This document shows positions 9,768 to 18,697 of a stretch of 64,000 nt of DNA, in pieces. How positions within the stretch are numbered: the first letter of the stretch is position 1; the number at the start of each line of letters is the position of its first letter. The notes under the pieces were generated by a model. It was not told the origin of the DNA. It saw nothing but the letters and a program-made list of their open reading frames with translations, and made no database searches. Origin of the DNA: Gemmatimonadota bacterium (GTDB taxonomy: Bacteria; Gemmatimonadota; Gemmatimonadetes; Gemmatimonadales; GWC2-71-9); the NCBI GenBank assembly GCA_031382385.1, contig JANMYS010000037.1:20567-84566 (forward strand), given 5' to 3'. Both the position numbers and the translations under genes were made by a program.

Positions 9768-11565
9768 GTCGCTCCAGCGGAAGCTGGATACCCTGACGGA
9801 CCAGCCCGGCGTCTACCTGTGGAAGGACGCCGACGGCAACGTGCTGTATGTCGGGAAGGCGAAGCGGCTGCGGAGCCGGGTGCGGAGTTACTTCGCGGCC
9901 GATGCGGGCAGCAGTCCCAAGCAGGCCTACCTCGTGCGGCAGATCGCCGATGTCGAGACCATCGTCGTGCCGAACGAAGTGCAGTCGCTGCTGCTCGAGA
10001 ACAACCTGATCAAGGAATACCTCCCGAAGTTCAATGTCCGGCTCAAGGACGACAAGAGCTATCCATCGATTGCGGTGACCCTCGCCGACCCCTTCCCCCG
10101 GGTCCTGGTGACCCGGAGGCGCGACATCGCGGGCGCGCGCTACTTCGGGCCGTACACGGACGTGGCGCTGCTACGGAGGACGCTGGCGGTCGTCCGCCGG
10201 CTCTACACGGTGCGGAGCTGCGCCGATGATCTCCCTTCCGAGCGACGCGAGCGGCCCTGCCTGGACTATCACATCGGACGCTGTCTCGCTCCCTGCGTCG
10301 GATGGCAGAGCGAAACCGACTATCGGGCGATGATCTCCGATGTCGTCGATTTCCTTGAGGGGCGCACCGTGGACGTCCGCGCCAAGGTTCGCGAGGCGAT
10401 GCTCGTCGCCAGTCAGCGACAGGACTACGAGCGTGCCGGCCAGTTCCGCGACCAGCTCAAGTGGCTCGAGCAGGTTGAGTCGCCTTCCGGCGTGGAGGCG
10501 CTGGGCACCGGAGATGCGGACATCGTGGGGTACGCGAGGGATGGCGATGATGCCGTGGGGGTGTTTCTGCGGGTGCGGGAGGGCAGGGTCGTGTTGCGCG
10601 AGCAGGCGTTCCTGGAGAATCTGGGCGACGAAACCGATGAGCAGATCCTGAGCTTCCTCCTGGTCCGTTCCTATGTGCCATTGGAGGGTCGGGTCCGCCG
10701 GCTCGTGCTGCCGTTTCCGCCGGCTGACATCGACCTCCTGCAGGAGCTGCTGCCGGAAACGGAATGGAACGTCCCGCAGCGCGGCACCGCCCGGCGCTGG
10801 CTTGATCTTGCCGACCAGAATGCGCGCCACCTGATGGAGAGTCTGCGGATCGAATCGTTCGAGACCGACGAACGCTCCGGCGATCCGGTCTATGCGCTGG
10901 GCCGTGATCTTGGGCTGAACACCGTGCCCCGCAGCATGATCTGCGTCGACATCTCCACCAATCAGGGGCGCGACACCGTCGGCTCCCTGGTCTGGTTCGA
11001 GGCCGGCCGACCGCGCAAGAGTGACTATCGCAAGTTCAAGATCAAGGGTGCTGGGCAGCAGGACGATTTTGCCGCGATTCATGAGGTCCTCACCCGCTAT
11101 CTGACCCGGCGCCGGGAGGAGGCGAAGCCGCTGCCGGACCTGATCGTCATTGATGGCGGGAAAGGCCAGCTCTCCGCTGCCGTCGAGGCGGCGACTGCGC
11201 TGGGGTGCGGCGACATCCCGATCGTCAGCCTCGCCAAGAAGGAGGAAGAGATCTTCTTTCCCGGCCGATCAGAGAGTCTCCGGTTGCCCCGTCGCAGTCC
11301 CTCGCTCCGCCTGCTGCGGCGACTGCGCGACGAGACCCACCGATTCGGCGTGACCTACAACCGGCAGCGCCGTACCAAGCGGACGATCACTTCGGCACTC
11401 CTGGAGATTCCCGGTGTCGGCCCCAACCGACGGCGGCTCCTCCTGGAGAAATTCGGCAGCCTGGCCGGCGTGAAGTCGGCCTCGGTCGGGGAGATCGCGG
11501 CGTTGCCCGGTTTCTCCCAGCGACTGGCGGAACGGGTTCTGGCCGCCGTGACAAAGGGCGTCTGA
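9754..11565 (+). CDS. uvrC: Excinuclease ABC subunit C
   Basis: GIY-YIG PGVYLWKD...YVGKAK, DDKSYP, PDLIVIDGGKGQ, RDETHRF, C-terminal HhH; GTG 9754. Confidence 0.96.
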   Translation: MDLPESLQRKLDTLTDQPGVYLWKDADGNVLYVGKAKRLRSRVRSYFAADAGSSPKQAYLVRQIADVETIVVPNEVQSLLLENNLIKEYLPKFNVRLKDDKSYPSIAVTLADPFPRVLVTRRRDIAGARYFGPYTDVALLRRTLAVVRRLYTVRSCADDLPSERRERPCLDYHIGRCLAPCVGWQSETDYRAMISDVVDFLEGRTVDVRAKVREAMLVASQRQDYERAGQFRDQLKWLEQVESPSGVEALGTGDADIVGYARDGDDAVGVFLRVREGRVVLREQAFLENLGDETDEQILSFLLVRSYVPLEGRVRRLVLPFPPADIDLLQELLPETEWNVPQRGTARRWLDLADQNARHLMESLRIESFETDERSGDPVYALGRDLGLNTVPRSMICVDISTNQGRDTVGSLVWFEAGRPRKSDYRKFKIKGAGQQDDFAAIHEVLTRYLTRRREEAKPLPDLIVIDGGKGQLSAAVEAATALGCGDIPIVSLAKKEEEIFFPGRSESLRLPRRSPSLRLLRRLRDETHRFGVTYNRQRRTKRTITSALLEIPGVGPNRRRLLLEKFGSLAGVKSASVGEIAALPGFSQRLAERVLAAVTKGV

Positions 11566-11581
11566 CCCCAGCACCGCTGCA

Positions 11582-11609
11582 CTGCCACCTGCCACCTGCC
11601 ACCTGCCAC
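11582..11609. repeat. Tandem heptamer (CTGCCAC)x4
   Basis: Four perfect copies between uvrC and the next ORF. Confidence 0.9.
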
Positions 11610-11625
11610 CTGCTAACTTCCGCTC

Positions 11626-11895
11626 ATGTCACGCGCCTTCGTCAAGGAGGATCAGGACGATGTCCCGATCCGCTATGAGCTCCCGCCCCGCTCCGATCCG
11701 AGCTTCCCGCAGGCCGCCGCCTGGGTTCTGCTCGAGGCGGCGAACAAGGGTGACTCGCCCGGCGCGGAAGCGGCCACCGGCTACCGCTGGGGCGACCCGG
11801 CACTCCGCGCCGAGGTCGAGCAGATACTCGCCTATGCCCGTTCGCGGCACGATGATCGGCTGGAGCAGCTGGCCGAGCGCTTCCTCGGCGCCTGA
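11626..11895 (+). CDS. Hypothetical protein with MSRAFVKE N-terminus
   Basis: 89-aa ORF with normal codon bias filling an operon gap. Confidence 0.7.
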   Translation: MSRAFVKEDQDDVPIRYELPPRSDPSFPQAAAWVLLEAANKGDSPGAEAATGYRWGDPALRAEVEQILAYARSRHDDRLEQLAERFLGA

Positions 11896-11927
11896 CACAC
11901 CACCGGTTCACGGCGGATGATCTTTTG

Positions 11928-13097
11928 ATGGATTGGCAGCTCGAATGTTCCGCCTGTGACCACTGGCGCGGCCCCGAGGGTTTCGCATCGGTCTGCGACC
12001 GGTGTGGCCAGCCCTGGCTGGTACGTTATCCCGATCGTCCTCTTCCGGGCCTTATCGCGCGGGCCGAAGTGCGCCGCGGCCAGGGGATGTGGCGATTCCG
12101 GCCCTTTCTGCCGCTCCTTGCCACGGAACAGCCGGTGACTCTTGGAGAGGGAGACACGCCACTGCTCCCGTGCATGCGGGCGGGGTCGCGCGTCGGACTG
12201 CCCGATCTCTGGATCAAGGACGAGGGGGCCAATCCCACGGGATCCTTCAAGGCCCGGGGGCTGAGTGCGGCAGTCACGCGGGCCGTCGCGGCCGGAGCGA
12301 CACAGTTCGTGATTCCCACGGCCGGGAATGCGGGCGTTGCGGCGGCGGCATACGCCGCGCGGGCCGGCGTCACCGTTCGGGTCTACGCGCCCCGCACCAC
12401 TCCACGTCCGATTCTCGCCCAGATCCACATGTTCGGCGCAGACCTGCAGCTGCTGGACGGACACATCGGGGACTGCGGCAAGGCCGCGCGCGCGTGGGGC
12501 GCAGAGCATCAGGCGGTGGATCTCTCGACCCTCCGTGAACCGTATCGCATTGAGGGGAAGAAGACCCTCGGCCTCGAGCTGGCGATGCAGCTCAACTGGA
12601 CGCTGCCCCACGCCATCATCTATCCCACCGGCGGCGGAACCGGGCTGATCGGAATGTGGAAGGCGTTTCAGGAGCTGCGTGACGCCGGCTGGGTCACCGA
12701 TCCCGCCCCGCGGATGTACAGCGTCCAGTCGAGCGGGTGTGCCCCGATCGTCCGGGCGTTCGAGGCCGGGGAGGATCGCGCGGTTCCGTGGGATGCACCG
12801 TGGACTGTGGCGAGCGGATTGCGGGTGCCGGGCCCGTTGGGCGACCGCCTGATCCTCAGGGCGTTGCGCGAGAGTGGCGGGTCTGCCGTCGCCGTCACCG
12901 ATGACGAGTTGACGGAGGAAGCAGCCCGGGGATCGACCGACGAGGGCATCGATCTCTCCCCCGAGGGTGGTGCCGGACTCGCGGCTGTCCGCCAGCTGCT
13001 CGCGCGTGGTCAGCTCACCGCGGGTGAACGGGTGATCGTGTTCAACACCGGGGCAGGGTGGCTGTACCGCGAGCCGACCGAACTCCCTGCGGCATGA
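11928..13097 (+). CDS. thrC: Threonine synthase (PLP-dependent, fold II)
   Basis: N-terminal CxxC...CxxC, LGEGDTPL, NPTGSFKARG, YRIEGKKT, PTGGGTG and FNTG motifs. Confidence 0.85.
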   Translation: MDWQLECSACDHWRGPEGFASVCDRCGQPWLVRYPDRPLPGLIARAEVRRGQGMWRFRPFLPLLATEQPVTLGEGDTPLLPCMRAGSRVGLPDLWIKDEGANPTGSFKARGLSAAVTRAVAAGATQFVIPTAGNAGVAAAAYAARAGVTVRVYAPRTTPRPILAQIHMFGADLQLLDGHIGDCGKAARAWGAEHQAVDLSTLREPYRIEGKKTLGLELAMQLNWTLPHAIIYPTGGGTGLIGMWKAFQELRDAGWVTDPAPRMYSVQSSGCAPIVRAFEAGEDRAVPWDAPWTVASGLRVPGPLGDRLILRALRESGGSAVAVTDDELTEEAARGSTDEGIDLSPEGGAGLAAVRQLLARGQLTAGERVIVFNTGAGWLYREPTELPAA

Positions 13098-13181
13098 CTC
13101 GAGGTGGGGGCGACCGCCGGGCGTCTCAAGCCCCCGGGGGTCTGCCGATATCGCGCACGGTCGGCCATATTCCTCCCCCTC

Positions 13182-14525
13182 ATGAGCCCGGCCCCTTTCG
13201 CCATCCTCGATCCTGCCGCAGGTATCAGCGGTGACATGTTGCTTGGCGCGTTTGCCGATCTCGGAGTGCCGGCGGCCTGGCTTGGCCAGCTGCCCGCGCG
13301 CCTGGGATTCCCGGATGTCCGGGTAGAGGTTACCCGAGTCCTTCGCTGCGGAATCTCCTGCAGCAAGGTGTCGGTGACACTGCCGGGCGGCGCCACGGAG
13401 GCACCCAGCCCCGACTTCGTCGCGCCGCACCAGCCTGGGCACGTTCACCATCATCACGACCACTCACACCAGATCCACCACGGTGGGGCTTCCGGTGCTC
13501 ACGCCCACCACGGCGACGGTGCGCACCGGCATCTGGCCGATCTCCTGGCCATCGTTGAGCGCGCCCCCGTCAGCGGCTGGGTCCGGGAACGGGCGGTGCG
13601 CGCCTTCCAGCTGCTCTGTGAACAGGAGGGGCGTATTCACGGGCTGCCCACCGAGTCTGTCGCCCTGCACGAAGTGGGTGCCGTGGACGCGATCATCGAC
13701 ATCATCGGAGCGATCGAGGCCTGTGAATACCTCGGCGTACGGCAGGTCTATGCCCGGCCAGTCTCGCTCGGCTCGGGATGGGTCCACGCCGCTCATGGCG
13801 TGATGTCCGTGCCTGCCCCGGTGACGACGCGCCTGTTGGAAGGGATCGAGATCGGTCCCAACGGCCCGGTCACCGGCGAGGCCACGACACCGACGGGGGC
13901 AGTGCTCCTGCGGGTACTGAGCGCTGGTTCACCACCGGCCCGGTGGCGCGCCGTGGCGACCGGCTGGGGGGCGGGTTCACGGGACCCAGTCGACTATCCC
14001 AACGCCCTCCGTATCATCCTGGCGGAGCCGGCGGTCGAGGCGACGTCCGTCGTGACGCTGTCCTCGGACGTTGACGATCTGAGCCCCGAATACATCGAGC
14101 CGTTGCGGGAGGCATTGGTCGCCGCGGGGGGGCTGGATGTGCAGGTCTGGACCACCCAGATGAAGAAGGGCCGTCCTGGTTTCCGGATCGAGGTGACCTG
14201 TGACACCGCAGTCGCCGACCGGGTCACCGAAGCATTCTTCCTGCACAGTACAACTGCCGGCGTGCGTCGAGTGACCGCCGAACGCGTCACCCTTGCACGT
14301 ACACAGCTGGAGGTGCCGACCTCCGACGGGCACTCGATCCGGGTAAAAGTGCTGGCGACACCCGCCGGACCTCGAGTCAAAGCAGAGTATGATGACATTC
14401 GCGCCGCGGCGACCCGCCAGGGTCGCCCGGCTCATGACGTGGCGCGGGAGATCGAAGCCGAAGCGCGCCAGCTGGTGGCCGGGATGGCCGCAGGCGTTTC
14501 ACACCCACTCAGGGAGCAGGGATGA
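13182..14525 (+). CDS. larC: Nickel-pincer cofactor biosynthesis protein LarC
   Basis: GISGDMLLGA, His-rich linker, HEVGAVDAIIDI, VPAP, TPTGA, MKKGRPG and EYDD motifs; one continuous ORF. Confidence 0.92.
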   Translation: MSPAPFAILDPAAGISGDMLLGAFADLGVPAAWLGQLPARLGFPDVRVEVTRVLRCGISCSKVSVTLPGGATEAPSPDFVAPHQPGHVHHHHDHSHQIHHGGASGAHAHHGDGAHRHLADLLAIVERAPVSGWVRERAVRAFQLLCEQEGRIHGLPTESVALHEVGAVDAIIDIIGAIEACEYLGVRQVYARPVSLGSGWVHAAHGVMSVPAPVTTRLLEGIEIGPNGPVTGEATTPTGAVLLRVLSAGSPPARWRAVATGWGAGSRDPVDYPNALRIILAEPAVEATSVVTLSSDVDDLSPEYIEPLREALVAAGGLDVQVWTTQMKKGRPGFRIEVTCDTAVADRVTEAFFLHSTTAGVRRVTAERVTLARTQLEVPTSDGHSIRVKVLATPAGPRVKAEYDDIRAAATRQGRPAHDVAREIEAEARQLVAGMAAGVSHPLREQG

Positions 14526-15952
14526 CCAAGGGACTTATCTGCGGGCTGGCGATGCTCTTGCTGGCCGCTCCGCTCACCGCCCAGACCGGCGTGCAATCTC
14601 GCGTGATCGGCGCACTCGACACCCGCCTGGTGCAGCCCGACTGCAAGCTCGATGGGGCGGGCGATTTTCGCATCGCCAGCGGGAAGACCTATCTCAAGAC
14701 CGGGATTGAAGGCAGCGGAGACCAATCCAATCGCACCAACGGATTGAAGAATGGCGTCCGCGTCATCACCGAGGCCATGTCCACCGCCGGACAGGGCAAG
14801 AACCCCGCGGCCTGGTATTACCTTGGCCGGATCTATCTGCAGCAGGGGGACCTCGTCGGCGCGGACTCCGCGTTCACCCGTGCGGAGGAGCTTGCCCCTG
14901 CGTGCAAGGCCGACATCGCCAAGTATCGCCATCGCGCCTGGGTGGCACTGGTGTCCGCCGCTGGCACCTTTCTTCAGGCCAAGCAGGATGATTCCGTCCT
15001 GACGCTGGCGCGGGCGGCGAATCAGATTGAACGGATCCAGCCCGTCGCCTTCTTCTACATGGGGGCCGTCTTCGACGGTCGCGGGCAGGCGGACAGCGCC
15101 CTGGTGTACTTCGGTCGGGCCGCCGCCACGCAACCCACCGAGCCGGCGATGGTCAAGCAGCGCGACAACTCGATCTACCGTCATGCCAAGGCGTTGCTGG
15201 ATGCCGGGCGCGCCGCTGAGGCTGCGGCGGCCTTTCGCCGCTACGTGGCGGCCAAGCCCGAGGATCTCGATGGCAAGAAGGGACTGCTTCTCGCGTTCCG
15301 GGCCGCTGGCATGCCGGACAGCGCGTCGATGATCGAGGCGCAGCTGGTCAGCGCCAGCTCGACCGGGCCGGAGGGCGGCAACCTCTCTGAGGGCGAGCTG
15401 TTTGACATCGGTGCCAAGCAATACAACGACAAGGAGTATGCGGCGGCGGCGGCCACCTTTGGGCGGATCATCAGCCTCAATCCGAACAACCACGACGCCG
15501 TGTCGGCGGCGGCGAATGCCTATCTCGCGCTCAACGACGGCCCGAAGCTCGCTATCACCGCCGAGCAGCTGATCGCGATCGAGCCGCTCTCATATTACGC
15601 CCACTCGTTGCGGGTTCAGGGCTACAAGCTTGCCGGCGACACGGACAAGCTGATCACGGCGGTTGTCGAGCGTGAGGCGCTGCAGGTGGATCTCGCGATC
15701 GACAACTTCCAGCGGGCCCCGGAGCGCGCGACTCTGACGGGCAAGGTGACTGGCCGTGAGCCTCGCGATGAGAACAACAAGCTGATCCCGGTCAAGGCCG
15801 TCACGATCCTCATCGAGTTCCTGGGCCAGGGTGGTACGGTCGTCACAACCGGGGAGGCCGAGCTTCCCGCGCTCAAGGTGGGGGAGACGCAGCCATTCTC
15901 CGTATCGGGCAAGGGCGCTGGGATCAAGTTCTGGCGCTATAGAGTGAAGTAG
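14522..15952 (+). CDS. Secreted TPR-repeat protein with C-terminal beta domain
   Basis: Sec signal ending PLTA-Q; TPR-like helices (AWYYLGRIY, AFFYMGAVF). Confidence 0.75.
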   Translation: MTKGLICGLAMLLLAAPLTAQTGVQSRVIGALDTRLVQPDCKLDGAGDFRIASGKTYLKTGIEGSGDQSNRTNGLKNGVRVITEAMSTAGQGKNPAAWYYLGRIYLQQGDLVGADSAFTRAEELAPACKADIAKYRHRAWVALVSAAGTFLQAKQDDSVLTLARAANQIERIQPVAFFYMGAVFDGRGQADSALVYFGRAAATQPTEPAMVKQRDNSIYRHAKALLDAGRAAEAAAAFRRYVAAKPEDLDGKKGLLLAFRAAGMPDSASMIEAQLVSASSTGPEGGNLSEGELFDIGAKQYNDKEYAAAAATFGRIISLNPNNHDAVSAAANAYLALNDGPKLAITAEQLIAIEPLSYYAHSLRVQGYKLAGDTDKLITAVVEREALQVDLAIDNFQRAPERATLTGKVTGREPRDENNKLIPVKAVTILIEFLGQGGTVVTTGEAELPALKVGETQPFSVSGKGAGIKFWRYRVK

Positions 15953-15978
15953 TCGCTGGTTGGCCAGCAGGCTCACCG

Positions 15979-16010
15979 AGCGCCCCGGCAGTGCTGCCGG
16001 GGCGCTTTGT
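15979..16010 (+). terminator. Intrinsic terminator-like hairpin
   Basis: 12-bp stem AGCGCCCCGGCA/TGCCGGGGCGCT followed by TTGT. Confidence 0.7.
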
Positions 16011-16016
16011 CTGTCC

Positions 16017-16043
16017 GGGAACCGGGGACAGGCTGCGGGCGTT
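16017..16043 (+). promoter_or_regulatory. ECF promoter P1
   Basis: GGGAACC-N16-CGTT, 40 nt upstream of small ORF 16084. Confidence 0.75.
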
Positions 16044-16083
16044 TCCTCCGCAGCCCCTGAGATTCTCGTGACCGGAGCCGACG

Positions 16084-16236
16084 ATGGTTCGCTCACCTTT
16101 CGCGCGCCGCCTGATTCGCACCGCGATCCCGCTGCGCTACAAGGTCCAGCGTGCCAGAGTCCTTGCGATCCTGGCGCGGTGGTCCAGCTCGGTGGACGGT
16201 GGCCTGCATACCGGCCCGGCCCCGCAGTTCCCATAG
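16084..16236 (+). CDS. Unannotated 50-aa basic small protein
   Basis: GGAG RBS, ATG 16084, MVRSPFARRLIRTAIPLRYKVQRARVLAILARWSSSVDGGLHTGPAPQFP; follows P1. Confidence 0.5.
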   Translation: MVRSPFARRLIRTAIPLRYKVQRARVLAILARWSSSVDGGLHTGPAPQFP

Positions 16237-16305
16237 CGCCCGAGCATCGGCGGGACCCCAGGGCTCGCAAGCACCTCGGGGAGGCGGCCCGAAGGCCAGC
16301 CAGGT

Positions 16306-16332
16306 GGGAACCTCGGCGGGGGCTCGGACGTT
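16306..16332 (+). promoter_or_regulatory. ECF promoter P2 (putative autoregulatory)
   Basis: GGGAACC-N16-CGTT upstream of the sigma gene. Confidence 0.78.
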
Positions 16333-16461
16333 GACAGTTCGAGGGCGTCGGCGCGCCCGGTAGGGATTGCCGAGTGCGGTCCTCCGGGTGCACCCTTCCG
16401 TGCAACGGCGCGACCGTCTCTTCCAGCACCCCCGAACCCGGACTGGTCCGATGGAGGATTC

Positions 16462-17160
16462 GTGATACTGCTGCATCTGGCCGGAACCCACATGGCGACG
16501 GCCTCAGGCCACCTCGGCATCTCTCTGGCCCTTGTGGCGGGAGTCGTCGGTACCCAGCCGGCCAAGTCTCGTTCGGACGCGGGAAGTTATGAGGCGCTGC
16601 TGGTGGCTCTGCTCGACAGCGCCTACAGGACGGCACTGCATCTCACCCGCAATGCAGCCGATGCCGAGGATCTGGTTCAGGATGCCGCGCTGCTGGCTTC
16701 GCGCGGCTTCGCATCATACGAGCAGGGCAGCAACTTCAAGGCGTGGTTCTTCCGGATTCTCACCAATGCGTTCTACAGCAAGTACCGGAAAAGGAAGCGG
16801 GAAGGAGTGCAGATGGAGCTGCAGGATACGCCCGAGCTCTACCTCTATTGCCAGACTGCGGCCGCGGGACTGCATGCGGAAAGCGAGAATCCCGCCGCGC
16901 TCGTCATGGACCAGCTGGACGGAGAGCTGATCGGGACGGCGATTGATGCCCTCCCGGACGACTACCGGGTGGTCGCAACGCTCTACTTCATTCAGGACTT
17001 CTCGTATCAGGAGATCGCCGAAGTACTCGAGATCCCGGTGGGGACGGTCCGGTCTCGGCTGCACCGGGGTCGACGGATACTGCAGCGGGCATTGTGGCAG
17101 CTGGCGCAGGATCGCGGCATTGTCGACGAACTCACGCAGGCCAGGGGAGGTGACGCATGA
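16462..17160 (+). CDS. ECF sigma-70 factor (SigR/SigH-like)
   Basis: DAEDLVQD, NFKAWFFRILTN, FSYQEIAEVLEIPVGTVRSRLHRGR; GGAGG RBS. Confidence 0.95.
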   Translation: MILLHLAGTHMATASGHLGISLALVAGVVGTQPAKSRSDAGSYEALLVALLDSAYRTALHLTRNAADAEDLVQDAALLASRGFASYEQGSNFKAWFFRILTNAFYSKYRKRKREGVQMELQDTPELYLYCQTAAAGLHAESENPAALVMDQLDGELIGTAIDALPDDYRVVATLYFIQDFSYQEIAEVLEIPVGTVRSRLHRGRRILQRALWQLAQDRGIVDELTQARGGDA

Positions 17161-17420
17161 GCGCCATGGGCCCGACGCGGCTGACCTGCGAGGAGGTGTT
17201 CGGACGGTTGGATGACTTTATTGACCACGAACTCACGGTGGAAGAGTTGCGGCTGGTCGAGGAACACCTGCGCACCTGTGCCGCCTGCGCCAGCGAGCAC
17301 CGGTTCGAGTCCCGGGTCATCTCGGACATTCGCTCGAAGCTCTCCCGCATCGCAGCGCCTCCCTCCCTGCGGGAGGATCTGCTGAAGCGACTGGCCGAGG
17401 AACGCGGAGGCCCGGGCTAG
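17157..17420 (+). CDS. Soluble zinc-binding anti-sigma factor (ZAS, RsrA/RshA-like)
   Basis: C...LDDFIDHEL...HLRTCAAC (HxxxCxxC); ATGA overlap with sigma; no TM helix. Confidence 0.92.
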   Translation: MSAMGPTRLTCEEVFGRLDDFIDHELTVEELRLVEEHLRTCAACASEHRFESRVISDIRSKLSRIAAPPSLREDLLKRLAEERGGPG

Positions 17421-18238
17421 GGCCGCGAGGGAACGGGAAGCGCCAGGCGGTCGATGAGCCCGGGGCTGACGCCGACCCCTTCCAGGAATTTCACCGGCAG
17501 CGCGGGAACGGCTGTCAGGGTCTCCATGTCGATGGCGGAACGGTCGGCGTGATTCACCTCCGTGAGGCCCCGAGCGGCGGCCAGTGTGGGACAGGCCGCG
17601 AAGACGGTCCGGCCAATGGTCGCATCCGTGAAATCGGCGCCGGAGAGTTGAGTGGCATGCAGCAGGCCCCAGGAAAGATCTGCATGCCGCAGCTTCGCCC
17701 CGGTCAGATCGGTGCCCGTGAGGCTGGCGTTGGCCAGCATGGCACCGGTGAAATCGGCGCCGGCCAGGGCGCTGTGGTTGAGCGTCGCCTCGGTGAGGTC
17801 GGTGCCGGTGAACCGGGCCAGGGGCAGGGAGGTGTGGGCCAGTGAGGCGCGTTCCATGGTCGCGCCGCTGAAGTCCGGTGCCCGGCCGAGCGAGTAGGCG
17901 AGCTTGGCGGTAATGCGGGTCAGGTCGGCGTCCCGCAGCCAGGTCCCGGTGAGATTGACGCCGAGCATGCGGGCGTCCGTCAGGTTGGCCCCGTCCAGCA
18001 CTGCGTCGGTCAGGTCCGCGCCACTCAGGTCCGCACCGTTCAGGTTCGCCCCCCGCAGGTTCGCGCCGCGCAGGTGTGTCGAGCAGAGATCGGCCCCTCG
18101 CAGATCGGCTCCGCTCAAGTCCATCCCCGCCAGATCGCCGTAGAGCAGCACGACTCCTGGGAGCACCGCACCGGCCAGGGAATTCCCCCCGGTCTCGAAC
18201 AGCACGTCACCCGTCTCACGATGCCGAATCTGTCCCAT
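17417..18238 (-). CDS. Pentapeptide-repeat protein
   Basis: Long run of A(D/N)Lxx repeats (ADLRG ADLCS, ANLRG ANLNG ADLSG). Confidence 0.92.
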   Translation of the reverse strand: MGQIRHRETGDVLFETGGNSLAGAVLPGVVLLYGDLAGMDLSGADLRGADLCSTHLRGANLRGANLNGADLSGADLTDAVLDGANLTDARMLGVNLTGTWLRDADLTRITAKLAYSLGRAPDFSGATMERASLAHTSLPLARFTGTDLTEATLNHSALAGADFTGAMLANASLTGTDLTGAKLRHADLSWGLLHATQLSGADFTDATIGRTVFAACPTLAAARGLTEVNHADRSAIDMETLTAVPALPVKFLEGVGVSPGLIDRLALPVPSRP

Positions 18239-18288
18239 GGTTCTCCCCGCCGGTTGTCGAAGTTTCTAACATATCCCGGAATTCACTG

Positions 18289-18315
18289 GGGAACCATCCC
18301 GCACGCCGGTGAGTT
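18289..18315 (+). promoter_or_regulatory. ECF promoter P3
   Basis: GGGAACC-N16-AGTT upstream of the ZAS-like ORF and glucosidase. Confidence 0.72.
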
Positions 18316-18415
18316 ATGGCGTGGAGGCCCGGGGGGCCTCAAGGCGGACCGCGCAGGTTCCCTGCGCCGGGGCGATCGAGTCCCGGCTGAATCACGACCG
18401 AGGCAGGGACAGCGA

Positions 18416-18697
18416 ATGGACCATGCAAGACCGAGCAAATGCACCGCAGGGCGTTGCGGCATGACAGGGCGGGACGATTCTGACACCAGCGGACGTCAGC
18501 AGTGGGACGCACAGAGGGAGCTCGACGACTGTGCGGCATGCGCTCGGGCAGCGCGCCTCGAGCAGACCCTCTGGCGGGTAGTGCGGGCGCGCATGCGCGA
18601 AGTGCGAACTCCCGAAGCGTTCGTCACTCGCCTCCGCCTCATGATCGCTGCCGAACAGGCCATCACACACGACTGGCTCGTGGGAGAGAACTCATGA
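18416..18697 (+). CDS. Degenerate anti-sigma (ZAS-like) paralog
   Basis: ELDDCAACARAARLE...RMREVRTPEAF aligns with HLRTCAACASEHRFE...KLSRIAAPPSL of 17157; ATGA overlap with the next gene; start may be 18461. Confidence 0.65.
   Translation: MDHARPSKCTAGRCGMTGRDDSDTSGRQQWDAQRELDDCAACARAARLEQTLWRVVRARMREVRTPEAFVTRLRLMIAAEQAITHDWLVGENS

Noticed and set aside
16140-16460. Known riboswitch (c-di-AMP, guanidine-I, ZTP, cobalamin) or 6S RNA upstream of the sigma
   Set aside because: Only scattered partial words match. The region is better explained by a small ORF plus two ECF promoters.
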